Source: an uncultured Actinomycetota bacterium (lineage in GTDB: Bacteria > Actinomycetota > Actinomycetes > Mycobacteriales > Mycobacteriaceae). Taken from it: 64,000 nucleotides of DNA. The stretch spans positions 2,537 through 66,536 of the forward strand of contig CAWHDL010000011.1 of assembly GCA_963828065.1 (NCBI GenBank), given 5' to 3'. Positions 48,062 to 57,091 of this stretch are shown in pieces. Position numbers and translations under genes: made by a program. Under the pieces are notes generated by a model. The model saw only the letters and a list, made by a program, of their open reading frames with translations. It did not search any database and had not been told where the DNA came from. Within the stretch, counting starts at the first letter, position 1; the number at the start of each line of letters is the position of its first letter.

Positions 48062-49195
48062 ATGACGAAGTCGACAGATGAGTTGGATGCCGTCCACACG
48101 TCCAACCAGATGTGGGGTAAGCGCCCCGACATGATTGTGCGGGGACGGCTACCGTTTAACGCCGAGCCGCCGCCGTCAGTCTTGGCCGGCAATGAGATCA
48201 CCGCGGTGGATACGTTCTATGCGCGCAATCACGGCCCGTTTCCGGACATCCCCGCCGACCAGTGGCGGTTGAGCATCAACGGGCGGGTCGACAACCCGCT
48301 CACCTTGACCTACGACGAACTGACTACCGACTTCGAGCAACATCGCGTGGTAGCGACGCTGGCGTGTGCCGGCAACCGGCGCGCCGAACTGCTAGCGGTG
48401 CGCCCAATCCCGGGCAAGGACCCGTGGGAGCACGGGGCGATCTCAACCGCCGAGTGGCGCGGTGTGCGGCTGGCCGACGTGCTGGCCGCAGCCGGCGTGC
48501 GTCGAGAGGACGGACTGCATGTGGAGTTCCTCGCCCCCGACGTGGCCCAGGAGGCTCGGCCGGTGCAGTCCTACGGCAGCTCGATCCCGCTGAGCAAGGC
48601 GATGTCCGAGGAGGTGCTGCTGGCATGGCAGATGAATGGCCAGCCGTTGCCGCGGGCGCACGGCGGCCCAGTGCGGGTTGTGGTGCCCGGCTACATCGGG
48701 GCCCGCAGCGTCAAATGGGTCACCACAATCACCGTGCAACCCGCGCCCTCGGAGAACTACTTCCAGGCCCTGGACTACCGGATCCTGCCGCCAGAGGCCG
48801 ACGCCGACACCATCCCCGAGGGCGAAGGCATCTCGCTGTCGAGCCTGCCGCTCAACTGCGACATCCTCGTGCCCACCGACGGTGAACCTGTCACCGCCGG
48901 TGCGCTGACTGTCCGCGGCTGGGCGATCGCCGGCGACGGCCACAGCGTCGAGCGTGTCGACGTGTCGCTCGACGGTGGCCACAGTTGGCGCCAAGCCGAC
49001 CTGCGCCCGGCAGCTAGCCCGTGGGCGTGGTCGCTATGGTCGCTGACCGTCGATGTGGAACCTGGACCGCTGAGCATCACCGCCCGCGCCTGGGAGGACA
49101 CCGGCGTCACCCAACCCGAATCGCCGGCATCACTATGGAATCCGCGCGGATACGGCAACAACGCCTGGGCCCACATCACAGCGTCTGCCATATAA
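48062..49195 (+). CDS. sulfite-oxidase-family molybdopterin oxidoreductase
   Basis: 377 aa. Moco-binding Cys context TLACAGNRRAEL and a C-terminal dimerisation-like domain. Confidence 0.8.
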   Translation: MTKSTDELDAVHTSNQMWGKRPDMIVRGRLPFNAEPPPSVLAGNEITAVDTFYARNHGPFPDIPADQWRLSINGRVDNPLTLTYDELTTDFEQHRVVATLACAGNRRAELLAVRPIPGKDPWEHGAISTAEWRGVRLADVLAAAGVRREDGLHVEFLAPDVAQEARPVQSYGSSIPLSKAMSEEVLLAWQMNGQPLPRAHGGPVRVVVPGYIGARSVKWVTTITVQPAPSENYFQALDYRILPPEADADTIPEGEGISLSSLPLNCDILVPTDGEPVTAGALTVRGWAIAGDGHSVERVDVSLDGGHSWRQADLRPAASPWAWSLWSLTVDVEPGPLSITARAWEDTGVTQPESPASLWNPRGYGNNAWAHITASAI

Positions 49196-49676
49196 GCGAC
49201 GCGTGATCCGACAGATCGGTTCGCGCGTTCAGTGGATCGAGCACTGCGGTCCTGGGGGAACCGTACGGGTAGGGCCGACCGCGGTCAGCGCCAGACACGC
49301 CGCGAATTATTCACCGGCGGCTCAAGCCCAGTGATGGCGACGGCGAGACTGACTGCGACCAGTTCGTGATGCTAACGGGACCCATGAACCGGGCACGGCC
49401 CGGACGCGTTGAGGCTGGAGGGAGCGTCAGGCGAGGTCTGGCGCGGCGCCGCCGGCGCCCATTCTCATCTGCCAGGCGTCAGTTGTCGTGGTTGACCGGG
49501 TATGGCGACCCGGTGATGACTGGCGGTGTGCGACCACGAGTCTCTTGCTAGATCTAATCCGACGCTCGCTCATTGGCCTTGCGTTGATTGGACGCGGTGG
49601 CGAGCGCGCGGTGACACGATATTGACGTGAGCGAGCGCCGGGGGCGGACCCGACAAACGCCATCCAGGAGGGCGCA

Positions 49677-50567
49677 ATGATGAATTCGAGCGAGACGGTG
49701 GGCACGGTGCGCACGCTGTGGCGGTTCCCCGTCAAGTCGATGCTGGGCGAGCAGGTCGACGTGGTCGAGGTGGGGGAGGGCGGGATCGTCGGCGACCGCG
49801 CCTACGCGGTGCGAGACCGGCAGACGGGCAAGGTCGCGAGCGCGAAGAACCCGAAGGCGTGGCCCGGCCTGCTCGCGTGCCGGGCGGCGTTCATCGAGCC
49901 GCCGCGCCCGGGCGACGAGCTGCCGCCGGTGCGGATCGACCTCGCGGACGGCGACTCGGTGCTCAGCGACGCGCCCGATGTCGACGCCGTCCTGTCGCGC
50001 TTCTTCGGGCGCGACGTTGAGCTGGCGCGCGCTGCGCGGCACGGCTACACGATCGATCAATACCACCCCGACGAGGAGAACTACGATCCCGACGGACATC
50101 GGGACGAGGTCGTCGAAGCGCGGCTCGGCGCGGCATTTTTCATCGAGCGCGGGCTGCCCTCCGCCGTCCCCGAAAGGTCGTTCTTCGACCTCTTCCCGCT
50201 CAGCGTGCTCACGACGTCGAGCCTCGAGCAGCTCGGTGAGTTCGAGCCGCAGAGCCGCTTTGACGCCCGCCGGTTCCGCATGAACGTGATCGTCGACACC
50301 ACGGAGCCAGGGTTCGTCGAAAACGAGTGGGTGGGGCGCACGCTCGCGATCGGCGACGAGGTGCGGATCGGCGTGGCCATGCCCGACCCCCGCTGCGTGA
50401 TGCCGAGCCTGGCCCAGGGCGACCTTCCCCGGGACACCGGGATCCTCAAGGCACTCGGGCACAACAGGATCGACGTCGCGGGTTCGCTCTACCCCTGCGC
50501 CGGCATCTACACCGTCGTCGAAGCGACGGGCACGATTCGCGGGAATGATCGTGTCAGCCTGATCTGA
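49677..50567 (+). CDS. MOSC-domain protein (with N-terminal beta-barrel)
   Basis: 296 aa. WRFPVKSMLGE N-terminal barrel and conserved Cys context MPDPRCVMPS. Confidence 0.8.
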   Translation: MMNSSETVGTVRTLWRFPVKSMLGEQVDVVEVGEGGIVGDRAYAVRDRQTGKVASAKNPKAWPGLLACRAAFIEPPRPGDELPPVRIDLADGDSVLSDAPDVDAVLSRFFGRDVELARAARHGYTIDQYHPDEENYDPDGHRDEVVEARLGAAFFIERGLPSAVPERSFFDLFPLSVLTTSSLEQLGEFEPQSRFDARRFRMNVIVDTTEPGFVENEWVGRTLAIGDEVRIGVAMPDPRCVMPSLAQGDLPRDTGILKALGHNRIDVAGSLYPCAGIYTVVEATGTIRGNDRVSLI

Positions 50568-50893
50568 GCGCTGATGCTCGACTCGTAGCCGACGTTCCGG
50601 CTCCACATGAGGTCCCCGCGAACCGGTGCGCTTGTAGACGCATTCATTCGCTAGCGGCATGTGCGGTTCGCGAACGGCGCCGTCCCCACCGCATACGTCG
50701 CGCGTTCGAGACGGCGCTCGTATCGGGACATCCATACGGGTCTACCGCCTGATCGCGAGATGGCGGACACCAACAAACCGTTCAACGAGTATCTCAGATA
50801 AGCCACGGGTGTGCCGCCATTTAGCGCTTCCGGAGACCGGCGACGATCACCGCCGCGTCCTCGCAGCGTTTGTTGGTTGGCCTCCGGTGGTTG

Positions 50894-51379
50894 TCAGATT
50901 TTCCGGTTCTCGGCTTTGAGCATCCAGGCTTGCTTTTCCAGGTCGTCGATGATGACGTGCAGCAGGTCGGCGGTGGAGGGGTCGGCGGCGTCGACATCGT
51001 CGTGGACGGTGCGGACGGTGTCGACTGCCGCGTAGATCCGGGTGGTGATGAGGTCGACCGTGTCGATGGTGCTGCGCTCCGCCGGCGGGAAGGCCGGCAG
51101 TGTGGTGGACGCCGTGACGGTGTCGGATCGTCCGTCGGGGACCGCGTCGAGGGCGCGCATGCGTTCGGCGATGGTGTCACTGGCTTCGCGTGCGGTGTCG
51201 ACGATGTCGTCAAGTTGTAGGTGCAGATCGCGGAAGTTGGTGCCGACCAGATTCCAGTGGGCCTGTTTGCCCTGCAGATGCAGCTCGATGAGATCGACGA
51301 GGACCTTCTGCAGGTTCTGCGGCAGGCTGGGCGGGGCATCGAACTCCCGGACTTCATCGTCGGACCGACGATTAGTCAT
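50894..51379 (-). CDS. dps: Dps (DNA-binding ferritin-like protein)
   Basis: LHLQGKQAHWNLVG and DTIAERMRAL ferroxidase-site motifs. ATG 51379 is spaced from GGAGAAAGGA (alternative start 51385). Confidence 0.85.
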   Translation of the reverse strand: MTNRRSDDEVREFDAPPSLPQNLQKVLVDLIELHLQGKQAHWNLVGTNFRDLHLQLDDIVDTAREASDTIAERMRALDAVPDGRSDTVTASTTLPAFPPAERSTIDTVDLITTRIYAAVDTVRTVHDDVDAADPSTADLLHVIIDDLEKQAWMLKAENRKI

Positions 51380-51873
51380 GACCATTCCTTTCTCCGTGTC
51401 CTCGTGCACACCGCTGATGCGTTGATACACAATTTGTCTTGTTCATGGGTCCAAACCGTACGCCCGCGAGTGGTCGCGGGACCCCCAAGTTCGCGGTAAA
51501 CGGGATTCAGCCATGGGTCCCGCCGGGGAGGCGCTCCTAGATCGGGGCGAGGTTGACGGTTCTACTTCGTTATTCCTCGCCCAACAACACGCCCGCTGGG
51601 CTGGTTTTGACGAGCGCAAGAAGCGCTCGGTGGTCGCCAATGCAGCAATCGCCGGCGAACTCGCCGGCCAGGCGTAGGCCGGCAACTCGAAAAGGGACAC
51701 CGATCGCGCCTGCGGCGTCCCCATCGCCAGCGCGTCGGGGAACGTGGCGCCGACATCGAACCACATTTCCTGCCAGCAGGGTGGTCAAGCCGATGGCGCC
51801 GGGGGCAGCATCGCATAGGTCTACGCGGCGAGCGCCTGACGCGATAGCCATTGCCGTTAGGAGGGAGCGAGGC

Positions 51874-53829
51874 ATGTCTTTTAACGTCACCCGCAAGCTG
51901 ATCGGCTCGCACCTGGTGTCCGGTGAGATGACGCCGGGCGAGGAGATCGCTATACACATCGATCAGACGCTGACGCAGGATGCGACCGGGACGCTGGTGA
52001 TGCAGGAACTCGAGGCGCTGGGGCTCGATCGGGTTCGCACCGAGGTGAGCGTGCAGTACGTCGATCACAACCTGCTGCAGACCGATGAGAAAAACGCCGA
52101 GGATCACGAATACCTGCGCACCGCGGCGGAGCGATTCGGCCTGTGGTTCTCCAAACCCGGTAACGGGGTGTCACACCCGACGCACATGCAGCGGTTCGGG
52201 ATTCCGGGCAAGACGATGGTGGGGTCGGATTCGCACACCCCGGCCGCCGGTTCGCTGGGCATGCTGGCGATCGGTGTGGGTGGGCTGGAGGTGGCGTTGG
52301 CGATGTCTGGGCGACCGCTGCACATTCGCATGCCGCAGGTGTGGGGTGTGCGGGTCGACGGCGAGCTGCCGGAGTGGTGTTCGGCCAAGGACGTGATTCT
52401 GGAGATGTTGCGCCGTCACGACGTCAAGGGTGGGGTGAACCGGATCATCGAGTACCACGGACCCGGTTTGGCGAGTCTGACCGCGATGGACCGCCATGTG
52501 ATCGCCAACATGGGCGCCGAACTGGGTGCGACCACGACGGTGTTTCCCAGTGACGAGGCCGTGCGTGAGTTCCTGCGCGCCGAGGGGCGCGAGGGCGACT
52601 GGGTCGAGGTGGTGTCCGACGAGGGCGCCGGCTACGACATCGAGGAGACTATCGACCTGTCAAAGATCGAGCCGCTGATCGCAATGCCGTCCTCGCCGGG
52701 CAACGTGGTGCCGGTGCGCGAGATCGCCGGCGAGGAGATCGCGCAGGCGGTGATCGGATCCAGCGCCAATCCCGGACTTCGCGACTTCGCGATCGCGGCG
52801 GCGATCGTGGCCGGACGGCAGACCGCACCGCAGGTCAGCTTTGACGTCAACCCGACATCCCGCGAAATACTGGCCGACCTGACGAAGATGGGCGCAATGA
52901 CCCAACTGGTGATCGCTGGGGCAAGGATCCATCAGGCGGGGTGCATGGGTTGCATCGGCATGGGCGAAGCCCCGGCGTCGGGTCGTAACTCGCTGCGCAC
53001 CATGCCACGCAACTTCCCCGGCCGGTCGGGCACCAAGGAGGACTCGGTCTGGTTGTGTTCGCCGGAAACCGCTGCCACATCGGCGTTGACGGGGGTGATC
53101 ACCGATCCGCGAGACTGGGCGCGTCAGGCGCAGATGGACTATCCCAAGCTCGATCTACCCGAGCAACATTCGGTGAACACCGCGATGTTCGTGGCTCCAC
53201 TGGATGCCGAGCAGGCACGCCACGTCGAGCTGGTGAAGGGATCCAACATCTCGAGTCTGCCGGAGTTGTCGCCGCTGCCCGACGAGGTAGAGGCGCCGGT
53301 GCTGCTCACGGTCGGCGACAATATCTCCACCGACGAGATCTCCCCGGCCGGCGCGCGAGCGCTGCCGTTTCGCTCCAACATCCCCAAGCTAGCGATGTTC
53401 AGCTTCACCCAGATCGACGAGTCCTATCCTGAGCGGGCACAGCAGGCCGAGGGAACCGGTCACATCGTCGTCGGCGGCGAGAACTACGGTCAGGGTTCTT
53501 CTCGCGAGCATGCGGCGATCGCGCCACGTTACCTCGGGCTGCGGGCTGTCATCGCCAAGTCCTTCGCCCGCATCCACTGGCAGAACCTCGCCAACTACGG
53601 AGTGTTGGCCCTCGAGTTCGAGAATCCCGGCGAGTACGACACGATCGACCAGGGCGACACGCTGCGCATTCAACAACTTCGTGACGCCCTTGCGAACAAG
53701 GACACCCTGCAGGTCGACAATCTCACCAAGAAGTCGACCTTTACTGTGCGCCACAGGCTTTCACCACGACAGGTCCAGGATGTGTTAGCGGGCGGATTGA
53801 TTGCCCGGCTGGCACAAGAAGAGAACTGA
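51874..53829 (+). CDS. aconitase-family hydratase (~650 aa)
   Basis: ATG 51874 follows GGAGGGAG. Motifs MVGSDSHTP, Fe-S Cys ligand context GCMGCIG, and swivel-domain GENYGQGSSREHAA. Confidence 0.8.
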   Translation: MSFNVTRKLIGSHLVSGEMTPGEEIAIHIDQTLTQDATGTLVMQELEALGLDRVRTEVSVQYVDHNLLQTDEKNAEDHEYLRTAAERFGLWFSKPGNGVSHPTHMQRFGIPGKTMVGSDSHTPAAGSLGMLAIGVGGLEVALAMSGRPLHIRMPQVWGVRVDGELPEWCSAKDVILEMLRRHDVKGGVNRIIEYHGPGLASLTAMDRHVIANMGAELGATTTVFPSDEAVREFLRAEGREGDWVEVVSDEGAGYDIEETIDLSKIEPLIAMPSSPGNVVPVREIAGEEIAQAVIGSSANPGLRDFAIAAAIVAGRQTAPQVSFDVNPTSREILADLTKMGAMTQLVIAGARIHQAGCMGCIGMGEAPASGRNSLRTMPRNFPGRSGTKEDSVWLCSPETAATSALTGVITDPRDWARQAQMDYPKLDLPEQHSVNTAMFVAPLDAEQARHVELVKGSNISSLPELSPLPDEVEAPVLLTVGDNISTDEISPAGARALPFRSNIPKLAMFSFTQIDESYPERAQQAEGTGHIVVGGENYGQGSSREHAAIAPRYLGLRAVIAKSFARIHWQNLANYGVLALEFENPGEYDTIDQGDTLRIQQLRDALANKDTLQVDNLTKKSTFTVRHRLSPRQVQDVLAGGLIARLAQEEN

Positions 53830-54072
53830 CGCGGATACAGCGGTCAGTACGCTGCTTTCGTTCTGTTCGTATCTGCTTGCGGCATTTTCGGCCGTGCCAT
53901 CTAGCGCGCTCGGCGTCGTCGGCACATCGTCGTCACGTGACGAAATAGTACTTATGGGGGTGTGTCGGCCAACCCGTGTCGGCGGAGGCGAGCCACCAAA
54001 GGGGCGGTCGAAAGGCATGCCGACCACCTCTGAAGAAATGACACGAATCTGAGACGAAATCCCGATGACATC
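53465..54072 (+). repeat. direct repeat copy B (intact aconitase 3' end plus inner part of the distal transposon end)
   Basis: Partner of 47200-47772. Confidence 0.8.
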
Positions 54073-54139
54073 ACCTGGGACAACCTGCATCACAGCAGGT
54101 CAAGGAACCGCGCGATGACACGAAATTTGCGACCCTACA
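54038..54139 (-). repeat. distal (Tn7L-type) end of the element
   Basis: Terminal site atgacacgaaatttgcgaccctaca (54115-54139) ends in ACA. Further ..TTCGTGTCAT-type half sites lie at 54038-54072. Confidence 0.6.
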
Positions 54140-54144
54140 GCCAC

Positions 54145-54222
54145 TGTCGGTTCCCATTTCGGATGTCCAATTCCCATTTCAAATGTCCACCAGATGTCCA
54201 CAGTTGGACACGAAAGTGGGAT
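54145..54222 (+). mobile_element. solo, diverged second copy of the tnsA-proximal Tn7-like end (remnant of a neighbouring element)
   Basis: TGTCGGTTCCCATTTCGGATGTCCA (54145-54169), ATTCCCATTTCAAATGTCCA (54170-54189), palindrome TGTCCA-CAGT-TGGACA and an inverted site at 54205-54222. Same architecture and orientation as 25281-25357, with TGTCCA in place of TGTCAT. Confidence 0.6.
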
Positions 54223-54481
54223 GTGCACCGCGGATGGAGTGCTTGCCCAGTACCGCGCGTCGGGGCGGCCCTTCACCGCTGCCGGATATCGGCCAGGCCC
54301 ACGTGTTTCCGAGCACGACAGGGAGTCTCGGGTGAGCCCCTGATGTCGTATGTCTGTTGCTCAGGGCGTCCGCACGCGCCGCGAACGAACACATCAGCGG
54401 GCGACGCAGAATGGGGACCGGACTCTGCCACCAGTGTCGGCCCGTCTCCTTAACCAAGGCCTCTCAGCCCAGCGACCTCCT

Positions 54482-56980
54482 TCACACATGATCGATGACC
54501 GCGTGCCTTTCGGCCTGGTCCTCCCGGGTTTTCACCGGGTCGAGGATGCGGTAGGCGAGGAGTTTGATGCGGTCGCTGATGAGGAACCAGGCGAGGGCGT
54601 ATGCCCACACTGCGGCTGCCCACTTCCAGCCGAGTGGGGTCATGAACAGCCCGTACACAGCGATCAGCGTCGCGATTGCCTGGGTGCCGAGGACGGCGAT
54701 CAACAAGATGCGGGCCGGGCGGATGGACCAGAAGGGTCCTCGGGTTCGGGTCAAGAAGATGGTGAGGTGACCGGCGACGGACAGCAGGAGATACATCAGG
54801 GTCTGGACGCGCGGGTGGCCGAGGTCGAAGACGCGGTCACCCAGATAGAACAGGCCAAACGCAGCGATCGGTCCGACCACCCCCAGGACCGTGGCGATCC
54901 CGAGTACCAGGCGCATGTTCCAGGCTTCGGGCTTGTTGGCGTAGTGGACGTTGTCGTAGGAGATGGACAGGATGGCGCCGTCGTTGAGCAGGGCGAGCAT
55001 CACGATCATGATGGCGGTGAGTGGGTAGAAGTTGAAGACGAGGATCGCCAGGGTCACGAACAGCAGCACCCGCAGCGTCTCGGCGATGCGGTACATTGCG
55101 TAGCTGTTCATTCGCTGAAAGATCTTGCGGCTCTCCTTGATCGCGTCGATGATCACCGACAGGCCCGGGGTCAGCAGCACGATGTCGGCGGCCGCTCGGG
55201 CGGCGTCGGTGGCCCCGGATACGGCGATGCCGCAGTCCGCCTTTTTCAGCGCGGGGGCGTCGTTGACCCCGTCGCCAGTCATTCCGACGATGTGGCCGCG
55301 TTTCTGCAGCACGTCGATGATGTGGTACTTGTGCTCGGGAAAGACCTGGGCGAAACCGTCGGCCGCCTCGATGGACTCGCCCACCGCCGCCGATTCGCTC
55401 TTCTTCACCTCACCCAGGCCGGTGGCGTCGAGGATGTTGGTGCCCAGCCCGACCTTGGCGGCGGTTTCCTTGGCGATGGCCAGCGCGTCCCCGGTGACCA
55501 TTTTGACGGTGACGCCCATCGCTCGTGCGGTGGCGATGGTGGCTGCAGCGTCGTCGCGGGGCGGGTCGAACAGCGGCAGCACGCCGACGAACTGCCAGTC
55601 GCCGTCCCCGTCACGGCGTGCCACGCCCAGGGATCGGAATCCCCGGGCGGCGAAATCGTTGACTGCCCTGTCAGCGGCGGGTTTGATCTGCGCGGCGTTG
55701 GCGGCCAGTGCCAGGATGACCTGCGGGGCTCCCTTGGTGACGGTGAAGGTGGTTGCGTCGGGGCCGGTGACGGTGGCCTGGGTGCGTTTGTGCACCGGGT
55801 CGAAGGGTTGGAAGTGGGTGATCATGTAATCCTGCAGAGCCTTGGTGTCGTCGAGGCCGCCGAGGACGGCGAGGTCGATGGGGTCGTCGTTGTCCGCGCG
55901 GGAGGCCAGCGCGCCGTCGAGGACGACCGTCGCGGGGGTGACGGTGTCGATGCTGAACGGGGTGCCCAACGTCAAAGAATTCTGGGTCAGGGTGCCCGTC
56001 TTGTCCGCGCACAACACATCCACGCCGGCAAGTTCCTCGATGGCGACCAGCCGGCTCACGATGGCCTGTTTCTTGGCCAGCAGACGCGAGCCGACAGCCA
56101 TCGTCACCGACAGCACGGTGGGCATCGCCACCGGGATCGCCGCCACGGTCAAGACCAGGGCGAACTGCAGCGTGGTCAGGATTGCGTTACCGCGCAGCAG
56201 GGAGGCGACGACGATGACCGTGACCAGCGCGACGGCCAAGATGATCAGGTAGTTGCCGATCTTGAGCACGGCGCGTTGGAAATGGCTGACGGTGTGCGCG
56301 TCGGCCACCAGCTCGGCGGTCTTCCCGAAGTAGGTGTGGGTGCCGGTCGCATAGACCAGGGCACCGATCTCACCTTGCCTGATGATGGACCCGGAGAACA
56401 CGGCCTCACCCGCTGCACGGGTGGCGGGCAGCGACTCCCCGGTCAGCGCGGACTGATCGACCTCGACCTCGTCACCGTCGAGCAGCCGGGCGTCGGCGGG
56501 GACAATGTCACCCAGGCGCAGCCGGATGACATCACCGGGCACCAGCTCCCGCGCCGGCGCGTTGACCCATGCGCCGTCACGGGTGACGCGGGCGTTGATC
56601 GCCAGCTTCGCCTTCAGGGCGTCAATGGCGTTGCCGGCCTGCCGTTCGGAGGTATATCCGACCACCCCGTTGGCCAGCAAGAGCAGCAGGATGATGAAGA
56701 AATCCGGCCAGTGCCTGAGCGCGCCGGACAAGATGACGGCGATCTCGATCATCCACGGGATCGGGCCCCAAAAGTAGCGGAGGAACTTCAACAGCGGGTT
56801 GGTCTTGTGCTCGGCGATCTCATTGGGCCCGTACCGCTCCAACCGTGCCACCGCCTCAGCCTGACTCAACCCGCCCGGTGAGTAGCCCAACTCTGTTTCG
56901 ACCTCGGGCATGGGCGCCGACTTCAGATCGAGCTGCCCCGCCGGGGTGACGGGCCCAGACTGCGGGGCGTCAGTGGCCAT
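54482..56980 (-). CDS. P-type ATPase (plasma-membrane H+/Mg2+-type, P3-like)
   Basis: 832 aa. Motifs CADKTGTLT, MVTGD and GMTGDGVNDAPALKKAD, with ~10 TM helices. Confidence 0.9.
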   Translation of the reverse strand: MATDAPQSGPVTPAGQLDLKSAPMPEVETELGYSPGGLSQAEAVARLERYGPNEIAEHKTNPLLKFLRYFWGPIPWMIEIAVILSGALRHWPDFFIILLLLLANGVVGYTSERQAGNAIDALKAKLAINARVTRDGAWVNAPARELVPGDVIRLRLGDIVPADARLLDGDEVEVDQSALTGESLPATRAAGEAVFSGSIIRQGEIGALVYATGTHTYFGKTAELVADAHTVSHFQRAVLKIGNYLIILAVALVTVIVVASLLRGNAILTTLQFALVLTVAAIPVAMPTVLSVTMAVGSRLLAKKQAIVSRLVAIEELAGVDVLCADKTGTLTQNSLTLGTPFSIDTVTPATVVLDGALASRADNDDPIDLAVLGGLDDTKALQDYMITHFQPFDPVHKRTQATVTGPDATTFTVTKGAPQVILALAANAAQIKPAADRAVNDFAARGFRSLGVARRDGDGDWQFVGVLPLFDPPRDDAAATIATARAMGVTVKMVTGDALAIAKETAAKVGLGTNILDATGLGEVKKSESAAVGESIEAADGFAQVFPEHKYHIIDVLQKRGHIVGMTGDGVNDAPALKKADCGIAVSGATDAARAAADIVLLTPGLSVIIDAIKESRKIFQRMNSYAMYRIAETLRVLLFVTLAILVFNFYPLTAIMIVMLALLNDGAILSISYDNVHYANKPEAWNMRLVLGIATVLGVVGPIAAFGLFYLGDRVFDLGHPRVQTLMYLLLSVAGHLTIFLTRTRGPFWSIRPARILLIAVLGTQAIATLIAVYGLFMTPLGWKWAAAVWAYALAWFLISDRIKLLAYRILDPVKTREDQAERHAVIDHV

Positions 56981-57091
56981 GATGGGTGTCCGCCTTTGGG
57001 GTCGAGTGTCGGGTGTCGCGTGTGGCAGGTTGGAATGGACTCATCGATCGTCGGCTGCCGTGGTGGCCGGCGAGCGGCGGTTGCGGTCGGG

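Larger units (their letters stand above)
25281..54139 (+). mobile_element. Tn7-like transposon (tnsABC + tniQ/tnsD-type), ~28.9 kb, probably a composite of more than one insertion
   Basis: Termini TGTAGGTTCCCATTTTGAGTGTCAT (25281-25305) and the reverse complement of 54115-54139, TGTAGGGTCGCAAATTTCGTGTCAT, match at 19 of 25 positions. Subterminal repeats of the same ~20-nt motif and tnsA-B-C-tniQ lie at the 25.3-kb end. Confidence 0.65.

Noticed and set aside
47615-48097. 160-aa minus-strand ORF upstream of the sulfite-oxidase gene
   Set aside because: It is Arg-rich with no motifs and overlaps the start of the plus-strand gene, so it is likely non-coding.
53838-53869. Possible intrinsic terminator after the aconitase gene (cagcg-N7-cgctg plus a T-rich tail)
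   Set aside because: The stem is only 5 bp, which is too weak to call.
25281-54139. Possibility that the Tn7-like element is a CRISPR-associated transposon
   Set aside because: No direct-repeat/spacer array and no cas-like ORFs are seen anywhere in the element or the window.
54350-56881. 843-aa plus-strand ORF
   Set aside because: It is antisense to the P-type ATPase, which has all canonical motifs. Its composition is Gly/Asp/Arg-rich and not protein-like.
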